Notes: a model not told the origin generated them from the sequence alone. Counted from the first letter of the stretch, positions 29,234 through 39,713 are shown. The stretch: DNA of 64,000 nt from Candidatus Latescibacterota bacterium (GCA_965248755.1 OZ252149.1:3936001-4000000), one strand, 5' to 3'. Translations and numbers: made by a program.

Positions 29234-30412
29234 ATGAAAAAGTCCAGATGGACAACTTGGATCTGTTTGCTGTCAATAGTCTTCGTCTTTGCCGGAGATG
29301 TGAGTGCGGCCCCACCGTACAGTATTACTCTGACTCACATCAAGTTCGACCACAACACGGCCAGCAACAGTACGGATGGCGTTACCATTAAAGAGAATGA
29401 GATTGATATTACGGCGCCTGAATGGGTGACAGGAGGTGCCAATGATCCTGTCTGCTATATAAAAGGTTCGAACAAGACGATCAAGGTACGCTTTACATGC
29501 GACGCGGATTGGGTGACCAGCGCTCAGATACTGGCGACCAAGACTGCCGGGTCTATCCTGACGAATATTGCGGAGACGACAGTCACCTTCTCGAATGGAG
29601 TGTCCAGCCCTGAATATCAGGACTTCACACTCACGAGTGTGCCTACCAATGTGAACAAATCGACAGCACTAAGGTGGCAGTGGAAGGAAAAGTATCAGGG
29701 AAATAACTATAATATCACTTCAACCGGGCCTCATGAGATCTACGTAATCCTTGCAAGCCCTCAGGCCCCACAGGCCACACCATGGGCTGAGGCCCTTTCT
29801 GTAGCCTGTGGCTATGCGGGTGGAGCGAGTACAGCCGCTCAAGCGACGGATTATTTTACATTTAACTTGCTTTTTGATGCGACGTTTGGCTACGATACTG
29901 TGAATGGAGCAGCATCATATACTACCAATGGAAAAGGGACAAACTTCTGGCTTGATGATTTCTTGACTAACTTTAATGGTAGTGGTGGGGATGTTAATTG
30001 CTATGACATGGGGAAAGCAGTCAAGACTTTTGCGAACGCATTAGGGTGTAATGCGTTGTATAAGTATGTTCGCTCCTTCGGATATGTCAATTGCATAAAA
30101 CCGACCGGCGAAGCGTGGACCAACAACCCTTTCCATGACAATTCTAGTTGGTCTGATACTCTTATTGTCGGAGAAGACGATGATTCTACAGACGGAAGGT
30201 CTAAGTTTACGAATCATTCCTTCGGGGCAATCGGAGATGATGTTTATGATGCCCTAATGTCGGTAGATAATGATGCGAATCCTGATGCCGCCCCGCACAG
30301 CGAGTACTATCTGACGGGAGTTGCTTGGAGTACCTACAAAGGCTTGGTGAAAGACGACGATCCTGCCTATACAACCTCTACTCCTGAAACTTGGAGCTTC
30401 ATCGTACAGTAG
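29234..30412 (+). CDS. Secreted protein with a transglutaminase/papain-like Cys-His-Asp domain, copy 1
   Basis: Signal peptide; VNCYDMG...ANALG, FTNHSF and VYDA in triad order. Confidence 0.6.
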   Translation: MKKSRWTTWICLLSIVFVFAGDVSAAPPYSITLTHIKFDHNTASNSTDGVTIKENEIDITAPEWVTGGANDPVCYIKGSNKTIKVRFTCDADWVTSAQILATKTAGSILTNIAETTVTFSNGVSSPEYQDFTLTSVPTNVNKSTALRWQWKEKYQGNNYNITSTGPHEIYVILASPQAPQATPWAEALSVACGYAGGASTAAQATDYFTFNLLFDATFGYDTVNGAASYTTNGKGTNFWLDDFLTNFNGSGGDVNCYDMGKAVKTFANALGCNALYKYVRSFGYVNCIKPTGEAWTNNPFHDNSSWSDTLIVGEDDDSTDGRSKFTNHSFGAIGDDVYDALMSVDNDANPDAAPHSEYYLTGVAWSTYKGLVKDDDPAYTTSTPETWSFIVQ

Positions 30413-30460
30413 TGTAGATTAGAACATCAGAACAGAAGAACTTCAACGGAGGTGAACAAA

Positions 30461-31357
30461 ATGACAAGAATCATTCTGTCACTCATACTGGTAATAGGAT
30501 TATTTGTATTGACCATACGCGATTTCGCGTTTGCACAGGAAGGGCCGACGGGTGAATCTCTAGATAAGCTAAAGGAGTTGTCCGACTTTGAAAGCTGGCC
30601 CGGGAAGACGGGTCCTGTTAGAGCTGGTGTTAGACTTTCCAAGGGTATAATTCCGATCCTGGAAGGAACTACTGACATCAGGCCAAACAGGACTCCTGGC
30701 CTATGGGGAGTAGAGAACAATCTCGTCAGGTACTGGTCCAGGTGGCAGATGGGAGAGACAATTATAACGGGACGGGAAGATTACACGGAAGATCGCGTGG
30801 AAATCTGGATTGTCGTGGCGGAGACCGCCGCAGAAGCGCACGAGTACCTTATTGAAAGGTACTTTTACACTTCACTGCCATTTGAAACACGCGTTCCGCG
30901 GCGCGATCAACCCAATGTCGCGGGAGACATCTCTTTCTTCGGAGGAAGAAAATTTATCCGCAACAACATCGTTGTTGAGATCAGTGCGAAAGGCAAGATG
31001 AAAGACAAACTGAGAGAAACTGCCGAACAAATAGACGCTCTTCTGCTGACAAGACCAACTGCAACATCCGCTGACCCCTTTAAGCCGGTGATAGAACGAT
31101 TGGAGATAGCACAGGATACTGTAGAACGGGAGAGTAAAACCAAGCTCTTCGTTGAAGCTACCGACCCCTACGGTGGCGATTTGGTATATAAATGGCGAGG
31201 AACTGACGGTGGGATCGGCAAGGATGAATCTGGCGATTACTATTACTATGCCGGAGACTTCGGTGTAAACAACCTTACTCTGAGCCTTATTGTCATAAAT
31301 GATATAGGGTTTGCTTCAAGGGCAAGCATTGGGGTCACAATAGTAGATTCTTTTTAA
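30461..31357 (+). CDS. Secreted partner protein, copy 1, truncated before the FlgD-like tail by a +2 nt insertion
   Basis: Signal peptide ending AFA; TCTTTTTAACTA versus TCTTTTACTA in intact copies. Confidence 0.75.
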   Translation: MTRIILSLILVIGLFVLTIRDFAFAQEGPTGESLDKLKELSDFESWPGKTGPVRAGVRLSKGIIPILEGTTDIRPNRTPGLWGVENNLVRYWSRWQMGETIITGREDYTEDRVEIWIVVAETAAEAHEYLIERYFYTSLPFETRVPRRDQPNVAGDISFFGGRKFIRNNIVVEISAKGKMKDKLRETAEQIDALLLTRPTATSADPFKPVIERLEIAQDTVERESKTKLFVEATDPYGGDLVYKWRGTDGGIGKDESGDYYYYAGDFGVNNLTLSLIVINDIGFASRASIGVTIVDSF

Positions 31358-31365
31358 CTACCCTC

Positions 31366-31686
31366 GTGGCCAATGAGGAAGGCACGGCTGCGGGGGCTCC
31401 TCAGGCCTTCGTTCTGGAGCAGAACTACCCCAATCCCTTCAATCCAGAGACAACGATTCATTATGCACTGGCCCATAAGGGGCCCCTGCCCACTCTGTTG
31501 GCGATCTACAATGTTTTGGGTCAGCAAGTGAAGACATTGGTGGATGAACCTCAGACAGGCGGTTTCTATTCCGTTCAGTGGGATGGAAAAGACGATGATG
31601 GAGGAAAGGTGTCCAGCGGTATCTATTTCTATAGGCTTGTCTCTGGCGAATTTGCCAAGACCCAGAAGATGCTTTTACTGGAATAA
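31366..31686 (+). CDS. Detached FlgD-Ig/T9SS-like C-terminal domain (copy 1); independent translation uncertain
   Basis: QNYPNPFNPETTI domain, out of frame with the upstream ORF. Confidence 0.45.
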   Translation: MANEEGTAAGAPQAFVLEQNYPNPFNPETTIHYALAHKGPLPTLLAIYNVLGQQVKTLVDEPQTGGFYSVQWDGKDDDGGKVSSGIYFYRLVSGEFAKTQKMLLLE

Positions 31687-31700
31687 AGGAGGTGCGAAAG

Positions 31701-32237
31701 ATGAAATCCAAGAGCGCTCGACGAAGTGTATTAGTCACCCTCTTTTTAGCGACGTTGATGGGTGTTTTGTTCCAGACGTCGCAGCAGAGTGAGGCGCAAG
31801 TAGTGGTTTCCATCGAAGGTCCCAGAGAGATCGTGGTGACGATACAGGGGCCATCCCTGGAATTTGTGGCGCAGAAGCAGTATGAAATCGCACTGAACTA
31901 CATCAAACTTGGGGATCTGAAGCGCGCAGAAGAACAGCTTAAAAGGGTGATCGATAACTATCCCACTGCTGGCACGTCTGTCTCCTGGGCAGAATATTGT
32001 CTTGCCTGGATGGATATTCATAAGGATAAATTCCGTTCGGCCATAGACAAGCTTCAGGCCATCGTTGACAAGGACATCTCCAAGGATGACGAGGTATATG
32101 CCTATGCCTACTATCAGATAGGCAGGATTTACATTGCGTTCTTGCAGGACAAGGTCAAGGCTGATGCAGCTTTTGGGAAGGTGCTGGAACTCTATCCGGA
32201 TTCAAAGCCTGCGAGGCGGAATTTCTGGCTTAAGTAG
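31701..32237 (+). CDS. Secreted TPR protein, copy 2
   Basis: As copy 1, with IDNY/TSV/KFR variants. Confidence 0.8.
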   Translation: MKSKSARRSVLVTLFLATLMGVLFQTSQQSEAQVVVSIEGPREIVVTIQGPSLEFVAQKQYEIALNYIKLGDLKRAEEQLKRVIDNYPTAGTSVSWAEYCLAWMDIHKDKFRSAIDKLQAIVDKDISKDDEVYAYAYYQIGRIYIAFLQDKVKADAAFGKVLELYPDSKPARRNFWLK

Positions 32238-32334
32238 GGATGAGGAAAATCCAGAGCTGGAATTACACTCAAGGATGATTGGAGAGCTAAGTCACAACAA
32301 GCTTTTCCAGATAACCTAAGGAGGTGTGTGCTTT

Positions 32335-33513
32335 ATGAAAAAGTCCAGATGGACAATATGGATTTGTTTGCTGTCAATAGTCTTCGTCTTTGCCGGAGAT
32401 GTGAGTGCGGCCCCACCGTACAGTATTACTCTGACTCACATCAAGTTCAACCACAACACGGGCAGCAACAGTACGGATGGCGTTACCATTAAAGAGAATG
32501 AGACTGCTATTACGGCGCCTGAATGGGTGACAGGAGGTGCTAATGATCCTGTCTGCTATATAAAAAGTTCGAACAAGACGATCAAGGTACGCTTTACATG
32601 CGACGCGGATTGGGTGACCAGCGCTCAGATACTGGCGACCAAGACTGCGGGGTCTATCCTGACGAATATTGCGGAGACGACAGTCACCTTCTCAAATGGA
32701 GTGTCCAGCCCTGAATATCAGGACTTCACACTCACGAGTGTGCCTACCAATGTGAACAAATCGACAGCACTAAGGTGGCAGTGGAAGGAAAAGTATCAGG
32801 GAAATAACTATAATATCACTTCAACCGGGCCTCATGAGATCTACGTAATCATTGCAAGCCCCCAGGAACCGCAGGCCACACCATGGGCTGAGGCCCTTTC
32901 TGTAGCCTGTGGCTATGCGGGTGGAGCGAGTACAGCCGCTCAAGCGACGGATTATTTTACATTTAACTTGCTTTTTGATGCGACGTTTGGCTACGATACT
33001 GTGAATGGAGCAGCATCATATACTACCAATGGAAAAGGGACAAACTTCTGGCTTGATGATTTCTTGACTAACTTTAATGGTAGTGGTGGGGATGTTAATT
33101 GCTATGACATGGGGAAAGCAGTCAAGACTTTTGCGAACGCATTAGGGTGTAATGCGTTGTATAAGTATGTTCGCTCCTTCGGATATGTCAATTGCATAAA
33201 ACCGACCGGCGAAGCGTGGACCAACAACCCTTTCCATGACAATTCTAGTTGGTCTGATACTCTTATTGTCGGAGAAGACGATGATTCTACAGACGGAAGG
33301 TCTAAGTTTACGAATCATTCCTTCGGGGCAATCGGAGATGATGTTTATGATGCCCTAATGTCGGTAGATAATGATGCGAATCCTGATGCCGCCCCGCACA
33401 GCGAGTACTATCTGACGGGAGTTGCTTGGAGTACCTACAAAGGCTTGGTGAAAGACGACGATCCTGCCTATACAACCTCTACTCCTGAAACTTGGAGCTT
33501 CATCGTACAGTAG
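32335..33513 (+). CDS. Secreted transglutaminase-like protein, copy 2
   Basis: As copy 1, with variant N-terminal blocks. Confidence 0.6.
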   Translation: MKKSRWTIWICLLSIVFVFAGDVSAAPPYSITLTHIKFNHNTGSNSTDGVTIKENETAITAPEWVTGGANDPVCYIKSSNKTIKVRFTCDADWVTSAQILATKTAGSILTNIAETTVTFSNGVSSPEYQDFTLTSVPTNVNKSTALRWQWKEKYQGNNYNITSTGPHEIYVIIASPQEPQATPWAEALSVACGYAGGASTAAQATDYFTFNLLFDATFGYDTVNGAASYTTNGKGTNFWLDDFLTNFNGSGGDVNCYDMGKAVKTFANALGCNALYKYVRSFGYVNCIKPTGEAWTNNPFHDNSSWSDTLIVGEDDDSTDGRSKFTNHSFGAIGDDVYDALMSVDNDANPDAAPHSEYYLTGVAWSTYKGLVKDDDPAYTTSTPETWSFIVQ

Positions 33514-33561
33514 TGTAGATTAGAACATCAGAACAGAAGAACTTCAACGGAGGTGAACAAA

Positions 33562-34785
33562 ATGACAAGAATCATTCTGTCACTCATACTGGTAACAGGA
33601 TTATTTGTATTGACCATACGCGATTTCGCGTTTGCACAGGAAGGGCCGACGGGTGAATCTCTAGATAAGCTAAAGGAGTTGTCCGACTTTGAAAGCTGGC
33701 CCGGGAAGACGGGTCCTGTTAGAGCTGGTGTTAGACTTTCCAAGGGTATAATACCGATCCTGGAAGGAACTACTGACCTCCTGCCAAACAGGACTCGTGG
33801 CCTATGGGGAGTAGAGAACAATCTCGTCATGTACTGGTCCATGTGGCAGATGGGAGAGACAATTATAACGGGACGGGAAGATTACACGGAAGATCGCGTG
33901 GAAATCTGGATTGTCGTGGCGGAGACCGCCGCAGAAGCGCACGAGTACCTTATTGAAAGGTACTTTTACACTTCACTGCCATTTGAAACCCGCGTTCCGC
34001 GGCGCGATCAACCCAATGTCGCGGGAGACATCTCTTTCTTCGGAGGAAGAAAATTTATCCGCAACAACATCGTTGTTGAGATCAGTGCGAAAGGCAAGAT
34101 GAAAGACAAACTGAGAGAAACTGCCGAACAAATAGACGCTCTTCTGCTGACAAGACCAACTGCAACATCCGCTGACCCCTTTAAGCCGGTGATAGAACGA
34201 TTGGAGCTAGCACAGGATACTGTAGAAAAGGGAAGTAGTACAAGGCTTTTCTTTGAAGCTAGAGATCCTCACGGGGGGGGCTTGGAATACATCTGGAGGA
34301 TGAACGGGGCTGGGCTTGGAAAGGATCACAATTCAGAAACTTACTACTATATTGCCAGATACGAGGTAGGTGTTAAGGAACTCACACTTATTGTCATAAA
34401 TGATATAGGGTTTGCTTCAAGGGCCAGCTTAACGGTTACAATAGTAGATTCTTTTACTACCCTCGTGGCTAATGAGGAAGGCACGGCTGCGGGGGCTCCT
34501 CAGGCCTTCGTTCTGGAGCAGAACTACCCCAATCCCTTCAATCCAGAGACAACGATTCATTATGCACTGGCCCATAAGGGGCCCCTGCCCACTCTGTTGG
34601 CGATCTACAATGTTTTGGGTCAGCAAGTGAAGACATTGGTGGATGAACCTCAGACAGGCGGTTTCTATTCCGTTCAGTGGGATGGAAAAGACGATGATGG
34701 AGGAAAGGTGTCCAGCGGTATCTATTTCTATAGGCTTGTCTCTGGCGAATTTGCCAAGACCCAGAAGATGCTTTTACTGGAATAA
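33562..34785 (+). CDS. Secreted partner protein with intact FlgD-like tail, copy 2
   Basis: Continuous ORF ending KMLLLE. Confidence 0.8.
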   Translation: MTRIILSLILVTGLFVLTIRDFAFAQEGPTGESLDKLKELSDFESWPGKTGPVRAGVRLSKGIIPILEGTTDLLPNRTRGLWGVENNLVMYWSMWQMGETIITGREDYTEDRVEIWIVVAETAAEAHEYLIERYFYTSLPFETRVPRRDQPNVAGDISFFGGRKFIRNNIVVEISAKGKMKDKLRETAEQIDALLLTRPTATSADPFKPVIERLELAQDTVEKGSSTRLFFEARDPHGGGLEYIWRMNGAGLGKDHNSETYYYIARYEVGVKELTLIVINDIGFASRASLTVTIVDSFTTLVANEEGTAAGAPQAFVLEQNYPNPFNPETTIHYALAHKGPLPTLLAIYNVLGQQVKTLVDEPQTGGFYSVQWDGKDDDGGKVSSGIYFYRLVSGEFAKTQKMLLLE

Positions 34786-34799
34786 AGGAGGTGCGAAAG

Positions 34800-35336
34800 A
34801 TGAAATCCAAGAGCGCTCGACGAAGTGTATTAGTCACCCTCTTTTTAGCGACGTTGATGGGTGTTTTGTTCCAGACGTCGCAGCAGAGTGAGGCGCAAGT
34901 AGTGGTTTCCATCGAAGGTCCCAGAGAGATCGTGGTGACGATACAGGGGCCATCCCTGGAATTTGTGGCGCAGAAGCAGTATGAAATCGCACTGAACTAC
35001 ATCAAACTTGGGGATCTGAAGCGCGCAGAAGAGCAGCTTAAAAGGGTGATCAATAGCTATCCCACTGCTGGGACAACTGTTTCGTGGGCAGAATATTGTC
35101 TTGCCTGGATGGATATTCACAAAGATAAATTTCATTCGGCCATAGACAAGCTTCAGGCCATCGTTGACAAGGACATCTCCAAAGATGACGAGGTATATGC
35201 CTATGCCTACTATCAGATAGGCAGGATTTACATTGCGTTCTTGCAGGACAAGGTCAAGGCTGATGCAGCTTTTGGGAAGGTGCTGGAACTCTATCCGGAT
35301 TCAAAACCTGCGAGGCGGAATTTCTGGCTTAAGTAG
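34800..35336 (+). CDS. Secreted TPR protein, copy 3
   Basis: Mosaic of copy 2 (VSIEG) and copy 1 (INSY, KFH) variants. Confidence 0.8.
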   Translation: MKSKSARRSVLVTLFLATLMGVLFQTSQQSEAQVVVSIEGPREIVVTIQGPSLEFVAQKQYEIALNYIKLGDLKRAEEQLKRVINSYPTAGTTVSWAEYCLAWMDIHKDKFHSAIDKLQAIVDKDISKDDEVYAYAYYQIGRIYIAFLQDKVKADAAFGKVLELYPDSKPARRNFWLK

Positions 35337-35433
35337 GGATGAGGAAAATCCAGAGGTGGCATTACACTCAACGATGATTGGAGAGCTAAGTCACAACAAG
35401 CTTTTCCAGATAACCCAAGGAGGTGTGTGCTTT

Positions 35434-36612
35434 ATGAAAAAGTCCAGATGGACAATATGGATCTGTTTGCTGTCAATAGTCTTCGTCTTTGCCGGAGATG
35501 TGAGTGCGGCCCCACCGTACAGTATTACTCTGACTCACATCAAGTTCGACCACAACACGGCCAGCAACAGTACGGATGGCGTTACCATTAAAGAGAATGA
35601 GATTGATATTACGGCGCCTGAATGGGTGACAGGAGGTGCCAATGATCCTGTCTGCTATATAAAAGGTTCGAACAAGACGATCAAGGTACGCTTTACATGC
35701 GACGCGGATTGGGTGACCAGCGCTCAGATACTGGCGACCAAGACTGCCGGGTCTATCCTGACGAATATTGCGGAGACGACAGTCACCTTCTCGAATGGAG
35801 TGTCCAGCCCTGAATATCAGGACTTCACACTCACGAGTGTGCCTACCAATGTGAACAAATCGACAGCACTAAGGTGGCAGTGGAAGGAAAAGTATCAGGG
35901 AAATAACTATAATATCACTTCAACCGGGCCTCATGAGATCTACGTAATCCTTGCAAGCCCTCAGGCCCCACAGGCCACACCATGGGCTGAGGCCCTTTCT
36001 GTAGCCTGTGGCTATGCGGGTGGAGCGAGTACAGCCGCTCAAGCGACAGATTATTTTACATTTAACTTGCTTTTTGATGCGACGTTTGGCTACGATACTG
36101 TGAATGGAGCAGCATCATATACTACCAATGGACAAGGGACAAACTTCTGGCTTGATAAATTCTTGATTGCCTTTAATGGCCCTGGTGGCGATGTTAATTG
36201 CTATGACATGGGGAAAGCAGTGAAGACCTTTGCGAACGCATTAGGGTGTAATGCGTTGTATAAGTATGTTAACCCCTTCGGATATGTCAATTGCATAAAG
36301 CCGACCGGCGAAGCGTGGACCAACAACCCTTTCCATGACAATGCTAGCTGGTCTGATACTCTTATTGTCGGAGAAGACGATGATTCTACAGACGGAAGGT
36401 CTAAGTTTACGAATCATTCCTTCGGGGCAATCGGAGATGATGTTTATGATGCCCTAATGTCGGTAGATAATGATGCGAATCCTGATGCCGCCCCGCACAG
36501 CGAGTACTATCTGACGGGAGTTGCTTGGAGTACCTACAAAGGCTTGGTGAAAGACGACGATCCTGCCCATGAAACCGGTAATCCTGTCAGTAAGAGCTTC
36601 ATCGTACAGTAG
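35434..36612 (+). CDS. Secreted transglutaminase-like protein, copy 3
   Basis: N-half like copy 1; C-half variant DKFLIAFNGP...HETGNPVSKSF. Confidence 0.6.
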   Translation: MKKSRWTIWICLLSIVFVFAGDVSAAPPYSITLTHIKFDHNTASNSTDGVTIKENEIDITAPEWVTGGANDPVCYIKGSNKTIKVRFTCDADWVTSAQILATKTAGSILTNIAETTVTFSNGVSSPEYQDFTLTSVPTNVNKSTALRWQWKEKYQGNNYNITSTGPHEIYVILASPQAPQATPWAEALSVACGYAGGASTAAQATDYFTFNLLFDATFGYDTVNGAASYTTNGQGTNFWLDKFLIAFNGPGGDVNCYDMGKAVKTFANALGCNALYKYVNPFGYVNCIKPTGEAWTNNPFHDNASWSDTLIVGEDDDSTDGRSKFTNHSFGAIGDDVYDALMSVDNDANPDAAPHSEYYLTGVAWSTYKGLVKDDDPAHETGNPVSKSFIVQ

Positions 36613-36660
36613 TGTAGATTAGAGCATCAGAACAGAAGAACTTCAACGGAGGTGAACAAA

Positions 36661-37557
36661 ATGACAAGAATCATTCTGTCACTCATACTGGTAATAGGAT
36701 TACTAGTATTGAACATACGCGATTTCGCGTTTGCACAGGAAGGGCCGACGGGTGAATCTCTAGATAAGCTAAAGGAGTTGTCCGACTTTGAAAGCTGGCC
36801 CGGGAAGACGGGTCCTGTTAGAGCTGGTGTTAGACTTTCCAAGGGTATAATTCCGATCCTGGAAGGAACTACTGACATCAGGCCAAACAGGACTCCTGGC
36901 CTATGGGGAGTAGAGAACAATCTCGTCAGGTACTGGTCCAGGTGGCAGATGGGAGAGACAATTATAACGGGACGGGAAGATTACACGGAAGATCGCGTGG
37001 AAATCTGGATTGTCGTGGCGGAGACCGCCGCAGAAGCGCACGAGTACCTTATTGAAAGGTACTTTTACACTTCACTGCCATTTGAAACACGCGTTCCGCG
37101 GCGCGATCAACCCAATGTCGCGGGAGACATCTCTTTCTTCGGAGGAAGAAAATTTATCCGCAACAACATCGTTGTTGAGATCAGTGTGAAAGGCAAGATG
37201 AAAGACAAACTGAGACAAACTGCCGAGCAACTGGACGCACTTCTGCTGACGAGACCTACTGCAGCGTCGGCCCAGCAGTTTAAGCCGGTGATAGAACGAT
37301 TGGAGCTAGCACAGGATACTGTAGAAAAGGGAAGTAGTACAAGGCTTTTCTTTGAAGCTAGAGATCCTCACGGGGGGGGCTTGGAATACATCTGGAGGAT
37401 GAACGGGGCTGGGCTTGGAAAGGATCACAATTCAGAAACTTACTACTATATTGCCAGATACGAGGTAGGTGTTAAGGAACTCACACTTATTGTCATAAAT
37501 GATATAGGGTTTGCTTCAAGGGCCAGCTTAACGGTTACAATAGTAGATTCTTTTTAA
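36661..37557 (+). CDS. Secreted partner protein, copy 3, truncated by the same +2 nt insertion
   Basis: TCTTTTTAACTA at ~37549-37560. Confidence 0.75.
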   Translation: MTRIILSLILVIGLLVLNIRDFAFAQEGPTGESLDKLKELSDFESWPGKTGPVRAGVRLSKGIIPILEGTTDIRPNRTPGLWGVENNLVRYWSRWQMGETIITGREDYTEDRVEIWIVVAETAAEAHEYLIERYFYTSLPFETRVPRRDQPNVAGDISFFGGRKFIRNNIVVEISVKGKMKDKLRQTAEQLDALLLTRPTAASAQQFKPVIERLELAQDTVEKGSSTRLFFEARDPHGGGLEYIWRMNGAGLGKDHNSETYYYIARYEVGVKELTLIVINDIGFASRASLTVTIVDSF

Positions 37558-37565
37558 CTACCCTC

Positions 37566-37886
37566 GTGGCCAATGAGGAAGGCACGGCTGCGGGGGCTCC
37601 TCAGGCCTTCGTTCTGGAGCAGAACTACCCCAATCCCTTCAATCCAGAGACAACGATTCATTATGCACTGGCCCATAAGGGGCCCCTGCCCACTCTGTTG
37701 GCGATCTACAATGTTTTGGGTCAGCAAGTGAAGACATTGGTGGATGAACCTCAGACAGGCGGTTTCTATTCCGTTCAGTGGGATGGAAAAGACGATGATG
37801 GAGGAAAGGTGTCCAGCGGTATCTATTTCTATAGGCTTGTCTCTGGCGAATTTGCCAAGACCCAGAAGATGCTTTTACTGGAATAA
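37566..37886 (+). CDS. Detached FlgD-like domain (copy 3); independent translation uncertain
   Basis: Translation identical to 31366-31686. Confidence 0.45.
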   Translation: MANEEGTAAGAPQAFVLEQNYPNPFNPETTIHYALAHKGPLPTLLAIYNVLGQQVKTLVDEPQTGGFYSVQWDGKDDDGGKVSSGIYFYRLVSGEFAKTQKMLLLE

Positions 37887-37900
37887 AGGAGGTGCGAAAG

Positions 37901-38437
37901 ATGAAATCCAAGAGCGCTCGACGAAGTGTATTAGTCACCCTCTTTTTAGCGACGTTGATGGGTGTTTTGTTCCAGACGTCGCAGCAGAGTGAGGCGCAAG
38001 TAGTGGTTTCCATCGAAGGTCCCAGAGAGATCGTGGTGACGATACAGGGGCCATCCCTGGAATTTGTGGCGCAGAAGCAGTATGAAATCGCACTGAACTA
38101 CATCAAACTTGGGGATCTGAAGCGCGCAGAAGAACAGCTTAAAAGGGTGATCGATAACTATCCCACTGCTGGCACGTCTGTCTCCTGGGCAGAATATTGT
38201 CTTGCCTGGATGGATATTCATAAGGATAAATTCCGTTCGGCCATAGACAAGCTTCAGGCCATCGTTGACAAGGACATCTCCAAGGATGACGAGGTATATG
38301 CCTATGCCTACTATCAGATAGGCAGGATTTACATTGCGTTCTTGCAGGACAAGGTCAAGGCTGATGCAGCTTTTGGGAAGGTGCTGGAACTCTATCCGGA
38401 TTCAAAGCCTGCGAGGCGGAATTTCTGGCTTAAGTAG
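37901..38437 (+). CDS. Secreted TPR protein, copy 4
   Basis: Translation identical to copy 2. Confidence 0.8.
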   Translation: MKSKSARRSVLVTLFLATLMGVLFQTSQQSEAQVVVSIEGPREIVVTIQGPSLEFVAQKQYEIALNYIKLGDLKRAEEQLKRVIDNYPTAGTSVSWAEYCLAWMDIHKDKFRSAIDKLQAIVDKDISKDDEVYAYAYYQIGRIYIAFLQDKVKADAAFGKVLELYPDSKPARRNFWLK

Positions 38438-38534
38438 GGATGAGGAAAATCCAGAGCTGGAATTACACTCAAGGATGATTGGAGAGCTAAGTCACAACAA
38501 GCTTTTCCAGATAACCTAAGGAGGTGTGTGCTTT

Positions 38535-39713
38535 ATGAAAAAGTCCAGATGGACAATATGGATTTGTTTGCTGTCAATAGTCTTCGTCTTTGCCGGAGAT
38601 GTGAGTGCGGCCCCACCGTACAGTATTACTCTGACTCACATCAAGTTCAACCACAACACGGGCAGCAACAGTACGGATGGCGTTACCATTAAAGAGAATG
38701 AGACTGCTATTACGGCGCCTGAATGGGTGACAGGAGGTGCTAATGATCCTGTCTGCTATATAAAAAGTTCGAACAAGACGATCAAGGTACGCTTTACATG
38801 CGACGCGGATTGGGTGACCAGCGCTCAGATACTGGCGACCAAGACTGCGGGGTCTATCCTGACGAATATTGCGGAGACGACAGTCACCTTCTCGAATGGA
38901 TTGTCCAGCCCTGAATATCAGGACTTCACACTCACGAGTGTGCCTACCAATGTGAACAAATCGACAGCACTAAGGTGGCAGTGGAAGGAAAAGTATCAGG
39001 GAAATAACTATAATATCACTTCAACCGGGCCTCATGAGATCTACGTAATCCTTGCAAGCCCTCAGGCCCCACAGGCCACACCATGGGCTGAGGCCCTTTC
39101 TGTAGCCTGTGGCTATGCGGGTGGAGCGAGTACAGCCGCTCAAGCGACGGATTATTTTACATTTAACTTGCTTTTTGATGCGACGTTTGGCTACGATACT
39201 GTGAATGGAGCACCATCATTTACTACCAATGGACAAGGGACAAACTTCTGGCTTGATAAATTCTTGATTGCCTTTAATGGCCCTGGTGGCGATGTTAATT
39301 GCTATGACATGGGGAAAGCAGTGAAGACCTTTGCGAACGCATTAGGGTGTAATGCGTTGTATAAGTATGTTAACCCCTTCGGATATGTCAATTGCATAAA
39401 GCCGACCGGCGAAGCGTGGACCAACAACCCTTTCCATGACAATGCTAGCTGGTCTGATACTCTTATTGTCGGAGAAGACGATGATTCTACAGACGGAAGG
39501 TCTAAGTTTACGAATCATTCCTTCGGGGCAATCGGAGATGATGTTTATGATGCCCTAATGTCGGTAGATAATGATGCGAATCCTGATGCCGCCCCGCACA
39601 GCGAGTACTATCTGACGGGAGTTGCTTGGAGTACCTACAAAGGCTTGGTGAAAGACGACGATCCTGCCCATGAAACCGGTAATCCTGTCAGTAAGAGCTT
39701 CATCGTACAGTAG
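38535..39713 (+). CDS. Secreted transglutaminase-like protein, copy 4
   Basis: N-half like copy 2, C-half like copy 3. Confidence 0.6.
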   Translation: MKKSRWTIWICLLSIVFVFAGDVSAAPPYSITLTHIKFNHNTGSNSTDGVTIKENETAITAPEWVTGGANDPVCYIKSSNKTIKVRFTCDADWVTSAQILATKTAGSILTNIAETTVTFSNGLSSPEYQDFTLTSVPTNVNKSTALRWQWKEKYQGNNYNITSTGPHEIYVILASPQAPQATPWAEALSVACGYAGGASTAAQATDYFTFNLLFDATFGYDTVNGAPSFTTNGQGTNFWLDKFLIAFNGPGGDVNCYDMGKAVKTFANALGCNALYKYVNPFGYVNCIKPTGEAWTNNPFHDNASWSDTLIVGEDDDSTDGRSKFTNHSFGAIGDDVYDALMSVDNDANPDAAPHSEYYLTGVAWSTYKGLVKDDDPAHETGNPVSKSFIVQ

